From NCBI GenBank assembly GCA_030295235.1, contig AP026136.1:868001-932000 (forward strand): a stretch of 64,000 nt of DNA. The letters run 5' to 3'. Position 1 is the stretch's first letter. Each line of letters begins with the position of its first letter. Shown here in pieces: positions 48,443 to 61,359 of the stretch. The stretch comes from Fistulifera solaris (lineage: Eukaryota). The notes under the pieces were generated by a model. The model had not been told where the DNA came from and made no database searches. It saw nothing but the letters and a program-made list of their open reading frames with translations. The translations under genes and the position numbers were made by a program.

Positions 48443-49524
48443 CTATGAAAGTGCGCCTTGGCACGGGTCTGGTATTTCATCGAAAGGACAAGAACGGTAC
48501 TTGTCGCCATTTCTTTTCACTACACTTCGAACTTCGTGCTCTAGGCTGAGAATAGGCCCTGCTTCTGGTTGGTAAGGGTCGACGATATCAAGAATGCGAA
48601 ACATGCAATCATCTATCGCCTGATCGAGTGTGTATGCCTGTCGTTTGAAGCGTGGGTTGACGTACACCAACTTCAGTGCATCGGCTTTTCTATAGCTCTC
48701 GCTAAAGTCGGCCAGATAAATCGAAATGTGTGGACCGTAGTTTGAGGGAAAGCTAGAATAGCCCGATGCCAGCTCTTGTTGTTCGTCACGCAAGTCAACA
48801 TGTAAAACAACAGAATCGTCCGTCGGGTTAGGCGCAAAAGTAAGCGTTTGAAAAGGCCCGACGGAGACCACCACCGATTGTGAAGAACATTGGAGAATCG
48901 GAGCCCCCATGATCTCTTCATAAAAGCGAGCAATTCCCTGCATGCTACAACCCGGAGGCGTATGAATGGTCAAATCACGTAGAGCTAAGCCATCTTTTCC
49001 TTGGATCCTGGCTGCAATCCTCGTGAATCCATTTCAGCGTTGTCACCTTGCACGATTCGAAAAACATTGCCCCATGGATCGTCCACCGAAAGGCTTTCGT
49101 CGTCCTCGACTCGCACAGCAAACTTGGTCTCTTGAAGCAAATGCTTAACTTTGTCATAACGATGCAAGACCGTGGATAGATTGGGATACGATAATGTAAT
49201 GACGCCATTCAAAACTTGTGCATCGGGTTTTCCTTCCGGCAAGTGAAACTGATTTGCACCAATGTTGGCCCATAGTGTTTTTCGACCTTGAACTATATTT
49301 TCTTGTTTCCGCGGATCAACGGCACAATTCAAAAAATCAAAGTAGAATGCTTTCAACCAATCGTGTCGGCCTTTCTCGTGATTGATATTGAGATGATCTA
49401 GAATGAGAATGTTGCCTACAGGTTGCTGTGTTCTTGGTAGATGTTTGGATGATTGACTCGCCGAAAGAGCGTACGTGTGCGATACCACAGCTGCTAAGAA
49501 CACCAGAAACATTGAAGAGACCAT
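48443..49524 (-). CDS. Two-domain VOC/glyoxalase-like protein with signal peptide; frameshift near 48996
   Basis: LDHLNIN..FYFDFL..QFHLP..DPWGNVF; second domain IARFYEEIMG..GPHISIY..LEHEVRS. Confidence 0.72.
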
Positions 49525-50260
49525 TATTGGTTGAAAGAGGGTGCCGAGACTTTGTTGATGGTCTCAACAACTAGTACCTTTGGTTTTTGACAAATACAAC
49601 AACGCGGTCGTGATCTTTCCGGGACTGTAAATTAATTGAGTCAAGGACGGTCGCTTCCTGCTTGCAATGCCTATGGAAAGAAGCAAGTCTTTCTGTCTTT
49701 CTCTCTCTAATCAACAAATTACTTGTAAGGCACCCCGAGCTTTTTTGTTGTTTTCTTAGTGCTAGCAGAGTTCCTTACCTCATGACTAAAAAATGCAGTT
49801 CTGGTAAAAACGAACAACACATTGGACCATAGTAATTGTTAGATGAAATTCGACATTACTTTCTACGTCGACTATCGAAGGGTAGATCGACGAGGCAGCA
49901 AGCATCTATACTTTGCAACTCTAGATAAATAAGTATATCATGTCCAGGTGAAAAAGGTTGATCATCGCTTTTGTAGGAACACTAAACGGTATTAACACTT
50001 TACCAAGCTCATGACTGAATAGGAAATACCTTTGCACTCTGTCCGTCTGTCCTTCTGGGCGTCGCCGTTTGAATTCGGACGAGCTGCATTTTTCGCATTG
50101 TGGTTTTTCGTGCCAAAAACCTTTCCCCGCTTTTGTCTCTATTTTATACTTTCGTGTTGTATTTCGGAGTTGGACCTTGTATCATGAGATTTTATTTGTT
50201 TCAACAGGAAGAAAAACGAAGTTGCTGCGCGTGAACGATTGAAAGTAACAGAAAAGTGGA

Positions 50261-53200
50261 ATGAAAGCGGTCTGGAGTTGCATTGGTTCTGGCTTTCTGT
50301 TCTTGCCCGCAATGATACGAGGCGTCGGCAGTTTTCGAGGCCATTGTGCTGCGCTCGCCAGGCCTTTACAAGAGAATACAAGAGTTATTTCTATACTTGT
50401 ACGTGCCTCTTCAACGTATTCGAATGACGATGAAGATGAATTGCTGACTATTCAGCGACGCATTGCACAGTTAAATGGTGGAAATAAAGTTAATTTGAAA
50501 AGCCCCAAGCAAGTTTCTCATGCCATTTTCGGGGATAAACGGAGTACCGAAAAGAAAGTGTTGGAACTTGCTGCGAAAGGGATGATCGCTGGATTGGATA
50601 CATCTCGGCAGGAACTGGCTAGGCTCGTATTACGATATCGGGAGTTGATCAGCACTACTTCCTTGGTTGCCAGAGTCGACAATTTTCAACGACGGAGCAT
50701 GTCGACTGCTGTTTATAATAGTGTTTCCGGTAGTGATGCTTTCGAAAGCGGGTCGGATACGATCGCTGAAAATTCACCGTTAATACCGAATGAACATTAT
50801 TCTACCGATCCCCTCGATCAACGATCTCCTTTCGAGTTGGCTGTGCACAACTTGTTTCTGAATAAGAAATCAAAGGTATCTCATCAGTGGCGAGAACCAC
50901 TATTGCAACTCAGGCGGCCTTCTTCTAAGGCGCTCGTGTTGCAATTGGATTCGGGACAGTGTCCGATGGGGTTTGATCCTTTAGCACAACCATTCGATTC
51001 TCTTCGGGGAAGCATGGATACTTTGGAAGAAGAAGCGACTAGGACTACTACAGCGGGCAAAAGGGCTCGTTCCTGGGTTTCTGTCGAGAGCAGAAAGAGA
51101 AATACCCAGACTGTGTGCTGTTGACAAGATGCGGTGATTTTTACGAAGCGTTCGGAATTGATGCCATTATGCTCGTCGAACACTGTGGACTGAATTCTAT
51201 GGCTGGTAAAGCAAGAGCTGGATGTCCGATACGGAACGTTCAAGGAACAATAGACGGTCTTACGAACCAAGGATTCCGTGTTGCTGTGTATGAGGAAGGG
51301 ACTGACACGGACGCATCATCTGGGGCTGGAGCTTCAGCGGGTGCAAAGTCGCGGATCAAGCATCGCTTCCTCTCTCAAATTGTATCTCCTGCTTCGCCGA
51401 CGTATCTTTATGACTTGGTGCTGTCTGGAACAGCTGACACCTTGGCTATGGCAGCTCCCTCTCGCCCATACGTCGGTGTACTTTCGCTGGCGTCGGGATA
51501 CACTCTGGTCGAAGTCTCTACCGAGGAAAGGAGCGTAAGAGTATCAGAACGGCTGACGGCCGAAGCTGTGGCCTGTAGGATTGCGGCATACCCTCCTACA
51601 GATCCGTTGATGTATATGCCTACTCTCACTGAATATGCTGCAAAGCGATCAGGTTACTCGCTTCCATTTCTACCGACCAGGCGGCATGGCGAATTTGACT
51701 CGGGCTTGCGGCTGCGCATGCAAATAATTCCACCAATGCTATATCCTGAAGCTCGGCCTGGCGTTACCGACGTTGAGCGTGCCAAGGATATCGTTTTAAC
51801 AACCCTTCTCCGTGCGACCGGAAGTCGAGATGACACTGACAACCAGCAAGGTAATGTTGCAATAGCTGATTACACCCTTTTCGAGTCGTCGGATACTCTT
51901 GGGATGGAAAAAGTTACGTACACGAATCCGTTGTACGTAGAAACTGCAACTCAGCTGGGATTGATGAATGACCCTACGATACCATCCCTGATTGCCTCTG
52001 TTTTGCCGCACTCGGCCCCTGCCTCAACGCGCCGTTTTCTTCGGCGTCTGCTTCTGAACCCGCCGCCTCCGACGGTATCCGACTCATTGCGGAATTTGGT
52101 TCGCTTCTTAAAGAAAGACTTTCATAACTCTCTCCCTCCACTTACAGTGTAAGCCAAATGATCCGTTTTGTATGTCTTGTCCATTGCCTTACCTGTGTGC
52201 GTCTTGCGTTTTTCAGACCTCCACTAGGAAAGATGTTGTCGCTTTTGAGGGCTGGACAAGCAAGTGCGCAAGTTTTTGGTGAACTGCTAAATGTTTTGCA
52301 TGGAACAATTACTGCGCTTGACTTCTTTGAACGAGAGCCCCAAGTCCTAGACTCGTTCCTTACGCTGATTCAGTATGAAAGTGGTTTAGCAGCTGATGCA
52401 CCGTCACTACGTAAACGCTGCGCTGATGCAATTGAATCCATACAGAATGTGCTTAGCCCACTTCATCATAGGAGGTCATCTCCGTCCGTCATGCTGGGAA
52501 AAGCTGATATGTTCAGTGATTCCTGGAAGGTAATTCCTCAATCCTTCTTCGAAAGAAATGAAGCTTCTTGGCGAGGTCGTGTGCACGAAGAGGCCGTTGC
52601 AGAGGCGTATCACGCTGTCAGTGAATGTTCGAAAAAGTTGGCCGAAGTGGTTGCCGAAGATTTCTGGGGCTCAAGTATCCAAAGCCTCAGTAAACTGGAG
52701 AACATTCGCAATCCTGTTGTGCAAGATATCTTCAACAATCTGATTGCTCTTAAGGAGATCCCGAAGTTTTGTTCTGGCAGCGACAAAAGCAGGTATTTCC
52801 ATCCAAGAGATCGAAACGGAAAACTATTGAAGACTCGCTATACTACTGAGGCTGTGCAATTGGCCCTGGCGGACTATATCGCTGCTTGCGACGCAGCCTG
52901 TAGCGAGGTTTCTTCTGTACTCGTGCAATTGAGTAGAACGCTCCATGATGGAGGTCATCTTCCTGCGATCGTTCAAGCATCCCATGCCAATCTTGTTCTT
53001 TCGTGTGCATACTTTCACGCATGTCAGGCCAACAGGTTGGGATGGAATGTCGCCGAAACATTTGAACCCACTCCCAAGAAAGAATTCGCTCTTTCGTTGA
53101 AGGGCATGTGGCCCTACTGGATTGATAAATCGAATGCAGTTGCCAACTCTTTCGATTTATCAGGGATCTATATATTAACTGCACCAAACATGAGCGGTAA

Positions 53201-54177
53201 GAGTACGCTAATGCGATCGGCCGCTGCCGGTGCGCTCCTAACAGCCTGCGGCCTTTGTGCCCCGGTTGAATGTGGATCGGAAATACGGCGTTTCGACAAC
53301 ATTTTTGTGCGTGGAGCATCTTCTGATATTCCGACTGAACAAAAATCTGCATTTGGAGCTGAAATGGGCGACATCGCGGCCATGCTTCGTTGTTGTGGCC
53401 CAAAGTCCCTCGTATTTGTGGACGAGCTTGGGCGGGGGACATCCCCCGAGAGGGAACTCGTCTTGCTGGAGCAATAGTCGAATCGATGGCAAACGCAGGT
53501 ATAAGTGGAATATTTGCAACGCATTTGCATGATATCCTTCAGTTACCTTTGAATTGTTGGAATACCGTGGCCCTCAAACGTATGGCCGTCGACGAAAGAC
53601 AATCATCCTCTGCTAGATGGACGTTTAAATTGGAAGATGGTGTTTGTACGAATTCAATGGCACTTGAGACTGCTGCACACTTTGGTTTGCCGTCATCCAT
53701 CATTCAGCGGGCTCAAGAGCTCTCCTACTTCGACATTCCTTCTGATAATGCTGGGTCAACTAAAAATTATGATATCGAACAAGGCTCCGTCTCAACGCTA
53801 CAGGATGTTGTGCCCGTTGCAGAGAGTATAACTCAGCAATCGAGCATCATTATTCCTCCAGCATATCATCCGCCTGCTTCCTTGGATGGGCGGTCTACTG
53901 TTTATATATTGGAGCTCGATTCGACCCCTCGAAAGTATTACGTTGGTGAAACAGATGATGTTAGATCGAGATTATTGCAGCATCGTAGAAAAGGAGGAAT
54001 GTGGTCTAATATGACTGCTATCGTCTTGCCAGCTCCAGGGGGCAAATCTCAGGCACGTGTTTGGGAGAGTCGTCTCACCCAGTCACTGGCGAGCAAAGGA
54101 TTCTTTTAGTGAGTGTTAGCGACGGAAGGTCCATCAGATCTAGTAACATAAATGGAAGCTACTTAGAAGCAAACTAA
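50261..54177 (+). CDS. MSH1: Organellar MSH1 (MutS1-type with C-terminal GIY-YIG); intron ~52149-52216; frameshifts at ~51060, ~53445, ~54104
   Basis: Domain I RCGDFYEAFGIDA..AGCP; APNMSGKST, SAFGAEM, VDELGRGT, ATHLH; VYIL..YYVGETDD..RL.QHR GIY-YIG. Confidence 0.92.
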
Positions 54178-54214
54178 AAATATCGGTCGCAAGTTCACTA
54201 CCAAAAAAATCGGA

Positions 54215-56448
54215 CTATTTCTGTGCCTGAAGACGCCGGCGCTGATGACTGAGCAGTTGCTTGAGCATGCCACGCATATCCTTGCGGTACGTGTCTCTGG
54301 AACCAGCAGGAACACTCATGCGGTAACGCAACTCATCAGTAGTCAGACACTCCCCCAGCTCCAAAAGCGCACCAAGAACCGTCGATATGTGATTTGGGGC
54401 TACCTTATCCGACCGCATGGTCAAATAATACCATTCTCCAGTCTCAGGGTCAAAGCCCACCTCGGCAATATGATCACCGGACTCGACCCTGTCGGCTTCA
54501 AGACGCATACGTTCACTCAGCGGCAATAGAATGTGTCTTGTCATATCGACCCTTGTCTGCTCTTCTCCTAAGCACCCCATTCGCAATGTATTGTCATCGT
54601 CATTGTGTAGCAGTGAAAGCAACTCAACATCAATGGTTACAGTGTCCAGATATTTCCATTTCAAGAGGTTTACATCTGTTCCGCACACGTACGGTCGGTT
54701 GGGCTGAAAGATTATACCATCGGTCAGATGAAAATGTAAATCGCCTTTATGGTAGCATCGCATACCCCGTTCCTCGACCACATTGGACAGCAATTCGTCC
54801 ACTTCTGTTCGCTTGACAAAGTTCTTTCGCACAAGAGGTAGTGGGATAGTAGGATCTGCAACATATCTGGGATCGAACATATCCCGATTCGCCGTTGGTG
54901 TTCGAAATGATGCCTTTCGTAAGTGATCAAGTCGGCGATCAAACGGCAGTTGCAAGACAGGTTCTGTTGAGGATATCGACATGACGTCAAACACAATAAA
55001 AATGGGCCGCGGCTTACGACCTCGCCGATTCATCACGACTTCTCCATCAAATACAGTTCCGGGCTTGATAAGGTCAATGATGTGACTGAAAGGATCTTGG
55101 TCGGCTTTCGTAGGTATCGGTTGTTTCGCCTTCATGGCCCGATCAACGAGCACCGCAGTTTTCCCAGTAAATACTAAAAAGTGACGAACACCGTCAGTCT
55201 TTTCACTTATATAGTAGGCATCATTGGCACCTCTTTGTATTTCATCAATGTTGTGGCGAGAAAAGTTTACCGGCATGCATCCAGGAAACTTGATATTCGA
55301 AAGAGCAGCCGGTGGAACATCATTGGGCCGCTCAATGGGTGATTCAAACCTGCTGGTGCCACGAGCATCTATGAATTTTTTGAGCGCCCCACATTGTGCC
55401 AACGCCAACTGTACCGCGTATTTATCCGGATGATCGCGCAACGTTTCTTCCACATTCAAAGCGTCTACTAAGGGATTGATCTGACTCATGATCCACCACA
55501 ACTGCTGTGCCAACTGATGAGTCATTTTCTTTAAATTTTCTTCGTTCTCTTCATTAATAAGCTGCAGCAAAACTTTCTCTTGCAATTCGACTTCAATTTC
55601 AAAGTCTACTTCGGTTGTGGTTGGTGTCGAGCGAGAAGTTGTGGTCACTTCTGTGACATCAATTTGCCACGCAATGGATCTATCTCGACGTGTGTAGGAC
55701 CGTCGTCGCTTGATTCGCATCACACTCCAACCCGGCGGTGGATCATTCGGGACAGCTGGATCTACAATGGTTTCAGAAGCCAACGCAATGCGCAAATCAT
55801 AATTCGCAGCGGGTATCGTCAAGTCCATCGTAACGAGTTTCTCCTTCGATTCCATTTTCCCAACCAGTGACTTGTGCGACGACCCATGCAATCCAGGATA
55901 ACAAACACGCCGATCATTTGGATACCCCGAATACACCGTTTCCACGTATTCTTTTTCTTCCAAATCCTGTTTCAGATCACCTCGTTCCGAGGTGACGCCC
56001 AAAAGCGTGGGCCAAGGGCGACAATTCACTCAGACCCGACGCCGTCCATTTCGAAAAATGCGCACGGCTTACTCCCGAAACCATTTGACAGCGGGGATTT
56101 TGATGACTGCATTCAAAAGCCTTGACTAAATTTCCCTGAACGTGCTTGGCTCCCGTCGATGTGAGCCCGCCGGGGCGGGACGGAATGCGGTACTTTGAGG
56201 ATACCGAGACGCGCTTCGACTTCGCAGAATGGCTTGAAAATGGGAAGAGTCTGTGCGGGGTTGTATTTTCTCGCCGCATTACGAACTTGTGTCAAAAATA
56301 TTTGCAGTGTTTGTTCGGGATGTACAGGAGTTGAGAGATAGATGTTGTTGGGTGCGTTGCTGTGTTGTGGTGCTGTCGATGTTTTCTCGTCGAGTTTGGC
56401 TTTTTTTGTTATGAAAGCGTTGATATCGAAATTAGGACGTTTACTCAT
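54215..56448 (-). CDS. mRNA capping enzyme: Cet1-type (TTM/CYTH) RNA triphosphatase fused to guanylyltransferase + OB fold; frameshifts ~56030-56180
   Basis: EVEARLG, DLRIALASE, RIKRRRSY, IDVTEV, EIEVE (TTM); FPGCMPV, KTDGVR, DGE, VFD, DGIIF, LLKWK, RSDK..PN (GTase). Confidence 0.9.
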
Positions 56449-56611
56449 GGTGCATGAGAGAGGATGTTAGCAAGCAATGCCAGTATAAGCCACAATTGAT
56501 AAAATTTAATAAAGACAAATAATAATGTCTCAAATGGAAAAAATAATAATGAAATGAATTGAGGCAACAGCGAAAAATAGGAAGGCCGGGTCTCTAACCT
56601 TTTACAAGTCT

Positions 56612-56948
56612 CACAGAAAATGTGGGCGTGTGGTGTTTTCGCTTACCCAGAAAAATTGGGCGTGTGGTGTTTCCACATCCCCAGAAAATCTGGTAGCTTA
56701 GTGTTTTCACGTACCCAGGAAATGTGGGAATGTGGTGTTTTTAACCAACAGAAAATCTGGTGGTCTTTTCACTTTACCCAGAAAATTTGGGCGTGTTTTG
56801 TTTTCCCGTCCACAGAAAATTCGGGGGTGTGGTATTTTCACCTAGCCAGAAAATGTGGGTATGTGGTGTTTCGATTGCACAGAAAATCTGGGAATGAGTT
56901 CTTTTGACGTACCCAGAAAATTTGGCCGTGTCGTAGGCGCAGAAAACG
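56612..56948. repeat. Degenerate 34-bp tandem array (~10 units) in divergent promoter
   Basis: CAGAAAA(T)-like anchor at 56614, 56648, 56682, 56716, 56749, 56779, 56813, 56847, 56880, 56914, 56940; consensus ~CAGAAAATNTGGGCGTGTGGTGTTTTCACNTACC. Confidence 0.93.
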
Positions 56949-57094
56949 AGCCAGCAGCAAAATGCCAGCAAAATACTGAACGCGGATGCGTGACACATCG
57001 TTTTCAACAAAAAAATTGCGTCAACAATACGTCCCTGAACGATAACAACAAGATAAATGAAATCATTTGCTCCTTTACGACACTAGCAAGAAGA

Positions 57095-57760
57095 ATGGTG
57101 GAGGAATTCTATGTACAAACTGGTGAAGGGGCGAGTTTGTCGACCGTGAGAGCCACCAGTGGCGAGACCCTGACGATTGTACTTCAACAACTGATGAACG
57201 AGGACGAAACGATTCTCTGTGGTCCTTCTGAGGTACATTTGATACGCAGTAGTGACGAAAAGGAAACTTCCGAAGAAGTCGTCGGTAAACTTTTGATTAC
57301 AACAATGAGAATTTTGTTTTGGGTTACCGACAAGGCTTGCATCGACCATGACCTTGTTGTGCCTGCTGTGTGCATTGACTTGCATGCCATGACGGAGGAT
57401 CCTGTGTCAATTTATATACAAGTCAGGCCTTCCTCCATGTCATTCGACGAGACTTCTATAGAACTTACGATTCTTTCTTCAGAGGAAGAGAAAAATGAAA
57501 GAATCTTTGCTGCATTGTGTAAACTCGTTTCTCTGCATCCGGTCGATGATGGGGAGGACGATGATGAGGGGTTCGGACAAGATGATGAGATGATAGTTAG
57601 GTCTTCCACGCCCCCACCAGCAACAGAACAAGACCGGGAATCGATGCTGGAATACTTGGATAGTGTCTTGGTGGTTCCTCCTGAATTGGAAATACAAGAG
57701 CAGCAAATTGCCTCGGGGCAGTTTGACGATGCTGATGATGACGATGACGCTATTTTATAG
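57095..57760 (+). CDS. CLNS1A: pICln/Lot5 (Voldacs PH-like domain) methylosome subunit-like protein
   Basis: GKLLITT.RILFW, I.LHAM, IYIQV, IF.ALCK..SLHP-acidic, terminal GQFDDA. Confidence 0.8.
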   Translation: MVEEFYVQTGEGASLSTVRATSGETLTIVLQQLMNEDETILCGPSEVHLIRSSDEKETSEEVVGKLLITTMRILFWVTDKACIDHDLVVPAVCIDLHAMTEDPVSIYIQVRPSSMSFDETSIELTILSSEEEKNERIFAALCKLVSLHPVDDGEDDDEGFGQDDEMIVRSSTPPPATEQDRESMLEYLDSVLVVPPELEIQEQQIASGQFDDADDDDDAIL

Positions 57761-58572
57761 CTTTCTGCGTAAATATTAGCAGTTCTCACTTCTAGAGTAG
57801 TCAATGATCAAACTTGACGACGAAACAACGTTAACAAGCAAGGCCAACTAAGACTACTAATGACGACGGCGACGTCATGGTAATTTTCCGATGATTTAAT
57901 ATTGTTACCTGGTACAACGAATTTTTGGGTCCAATGAAACCTCTATGAACAACAGTTTCATCTATTTAAAGATGTATGGCCTGATATGGAACATAGGTTC
58001 AACCAATTACCAAAAATAATAGTATGCTACATAGCAAAATGATGTTGTCGTCACAATTGTCGGGACTGGATTATGATTAGGAGTCGTAGGAAAAGGTCGT
58101 CTACACTTTGTGAGATACTGGTAGGTGCCTGACGACGGTCTGACGATCCTTTCAACAAGAGGCAGCAGCATGCAGCAGGAACAAAGAACCGGATCGGATC
58201 ATGCTAAGTATTCATAGACTCTACGACAACATGTAGTCAATCCCTTTTCTCGAAAATATTAGTACTTTTGACGAATGGCATTTCAGCTAAATAATGCTTT
58301 GATATTCTACAAATAGTACTCAATCCTGAGTGATGGGAACCGTTGCAGCAAGCGCGGCATTACAAGCGACAGAGGTGCAAATGCGCTTGTGCATCGCCGT
58401 TTTTTCTTCAATCCTCATCACTTGATGCTGTTCTTGTTGTGCATTGAACCCCCTTTACGGCTAGAGATCATTTTTCTGAAAGAGTATCGCTAACACGCTT
58501 CTCTCGTAAGCGCGCCGCTTTTCTGCTTTGATACCGGTGTCCCCAGTTCCCCAAATAGCTGGAAAGGTCACA

Positions 58573-60684
58573 ATGCAGGGAAATACTCCGCAACCCTCGG
58601 CGTCGTCGTCCTACTCGTTTGATAACATTGAAAGCATGGAAACATCCCTCCACGAACATCCTATGGGATCTAAATACGATCTTCCTGTGACGTCGTCGGA
58701 CGTTGTGGATACCGACGCTGCTGTCGGTCCTGACATTGAAAGTTTCGAGGTCGACGGAGACACCAATCGCATCAACCCTTTTGCTCTACGAGACAGCCGC
58801 ACGCTAACATGGAGAAATGTGCACTTGACTTTGGTAAGATTGTATCTACTTCCCGTTTCTTTCACTTACAAGTCTCACATCTAATACTTTTGAAAGGTCG
58901 GCACAAAGTATAGAGAAGAAAAGAAAATTCTCGATAGCGTTTGCGGTGAAATTCCAGAGCGAAAGACAACAGCAATAATGGGAGCCAGTGGAGCCGGAAA
59001 AACGAGTTTGTTGAATGTATTAGCGGGTCGATTACAGTCGAGTCGAGAATTACGCGTTGAAGGAGAAATTCGCATCAACAATGAGTTGGTTGAGCCCACC
59101 GATATCAATGTCCGCCGTCAGATTGCCTTTGTTGCACAAGATGATAGTTTGCAAGTCACGGCCACTCCCCGAGAGGCGATTCGGTTCTCGGCGCGATTGC
59201 GTTTGTCCAGAGACGTGTCCAAGATAGAAATTGATCAATTGACGGAAAGGATGTTGCTGGAACTTGGATTGACGGATTGTGCGGATACTATCGTAGGAGG
59301 TGCTTTGATCAAGGGCATTTCGGGCGGAGAGCGCAAACGCACTAGTGTTGGTGTAGAGCTAGTGACGAGGCCGGGGTTGTATTCCTGGATGAGCCAACAT
59401 CTGGGTTGGATTCGTACTCATCTCTGCAGTGTTGCAATGTGCTTCGCAAAGTGGCACAAGCTGGCGCCAGTGTATTGTTTACAATTCATCAACCCTCCTC
59501 TGAGATATTTGAGTCAATCGATCAACTCATCTTGATGAATAAGGGGCGGGTCATGTTTCAGGGAGCAGTAAAGGATATGCCTGCCGCCTTTGGGAAACTT
59601 GGCTATCCTATACCCAACAACTACAACCCAGCCGACTTTGTCATTGTAAGTCTGACCTACCATTAGATTGTTGATACGGTGCACTACATGTTTTCTCACA
59701 AATCGAATTCAATGTCTCAGGATCTTGCGCAAACTGTCTCTATCACCGAACTGGAGAAAGCTGGTTTCTTTCAAAGTGAATCATTGGATGGAAACAAAGA
59801 CGACGGCTTATGTCGCAACAGTTTGAGCACAGAAACTAGTGTCGTCGACGCACCACCACCCGGAATCGCAACACAGAGCCGTTTGCTTTTTCTGCGTGAG
59901 CTTCACCACATGCATAGGGACTGGACAGTCACTTTTCCAGAGTTGTTGTTAGCTCGGTTGTCGGATTGTTCCTCGGCATGCTTTTTCTCGATGTTGGAGA
60001 TACAGATAGGAGTGATAGAATTCTTCTGCAAAGCTACCTAGGAGGAGTTATGATCATCCTTTGTGCCATGATGATCGTCCAGATGCAGGTTTCTATGTTT
60101 GTCATTCCCGACGAACGACCCATCTTCTTGCGCGAGTTTAGCACTAATCACTATGCTGTACTCTCGTACATGGTATCGCATCTTTTAGCGGAGGCTGTGC
60201 TGACGGCAGTGCAAGTCTTTATCTTGCTTTCCTTGGTGTATTGGACGATGGGATTGAGTGGCAGGTTTGTCGTCCACTTCTTGTCTACATTTGCATTTTC
60301 GCTTGTGACGGCAGCCCAGGCTGTTCTTGTTGGATGCCTCGCTGGTAACAACGTGAAATTGGCGATTCAGATGCAGCCTCTGTTGATCGTTCCACAGATG
60401 CTCTTTTCCGGCTTCTTCCTACCTACAGACATGATGCCTAGCTGGCTTTCGTGGCTACAACACCTTGCACTATGGTATACTCGGCGCGAATCATGGTCGT
60501 GGAGGAATTTGAACACTGCAGCGATATTCCAGCGGAACAAGCAAACTGCGACGACATGATAAGGGCCACAGCTGCAGATCCCAACGATGTTTGGTGGTAC
60601 TGGCTCGTGCTCGTCATGATGTATGTTGTGTATCGAACACTTGCAATAGTCGTTCTTCGGAAGTCAGCCTTAAGGTTCTACTAG
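58573..60684 (+). CDS. ABCG (White-family) half transporter, copy 1; two introns, several frameshifts
   Basis: GASGAGKT, FVAQDD, ISGGERKRTS, TIHQP, NPADF, ERPIFLRE, ABC2 membrane domain. Confidence 0.92.
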
Positions 60685-61359
60685 GGTGTTAATTAGGTAC
60701 GACTAGGTTTCAAGCACGTTTCGACGTGCTCGGCTGCTTTTCTTGTAAAGGAAATTAAACACCTCAGCCACTTCCTAGGTAACCTCTAGGTAAATTTTTC
60801 ATGCGTCAAGGTTTGCTTTGTCCCTAGTTGGTATCACGTGTCACGTGTCACGGCACGGTCATTACTTTATATAAAAGGACATGCATCATTGCATCATGCA
60901 CACGTGGAAACTATCACTCTGATACTTCAATCTATAGAAGTCTAGAGCACGGAATATGGGATGTGTGATGTGTGCTTTTATTCGAGCATTCGTATAGAAA
61001 GTACCTAACGTTTTGGTCTCTTCCTAAGAAATACTGCAATGCGTCATTCTTGGCTCCTGACGTCAGTTAAGTTTCAGAAACCGTCGCAAAACGGCCATTC
61101 CACGTCAAGGAGCAATAAGATAAGTCACACAAAGTCCCGACTCCCGACACGCAAAATGTCCCCTATATGTTTTCGCCTACCAAGTCAAAATCTCCGTTTC
61201 GATCAACGCAGAGCACAAATTGTAAATTAACGTGTATCGAGCCCCAAGCATCTTTCATTCTACTCTTCTGGAGCATTGCGGTCTAGAAAGCGTGTGCATC
61301 TTGGATTTGAAATAGAACGTTGAAAAGGAGAAGCGACTGCATGGAGGCCCCAAGCTACA

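Noticed and set aside
56612..56948. CRISPR array, or coding repeat (ORFs 56620-56907, 56774-57010 and the 5' part of 56855-57760)
   Set aside because: Units are wholly degenerate tandem copies without unique spacers, there are no cas genes and the context is eukaryotic; the 34-bp period is not a multiple of 3
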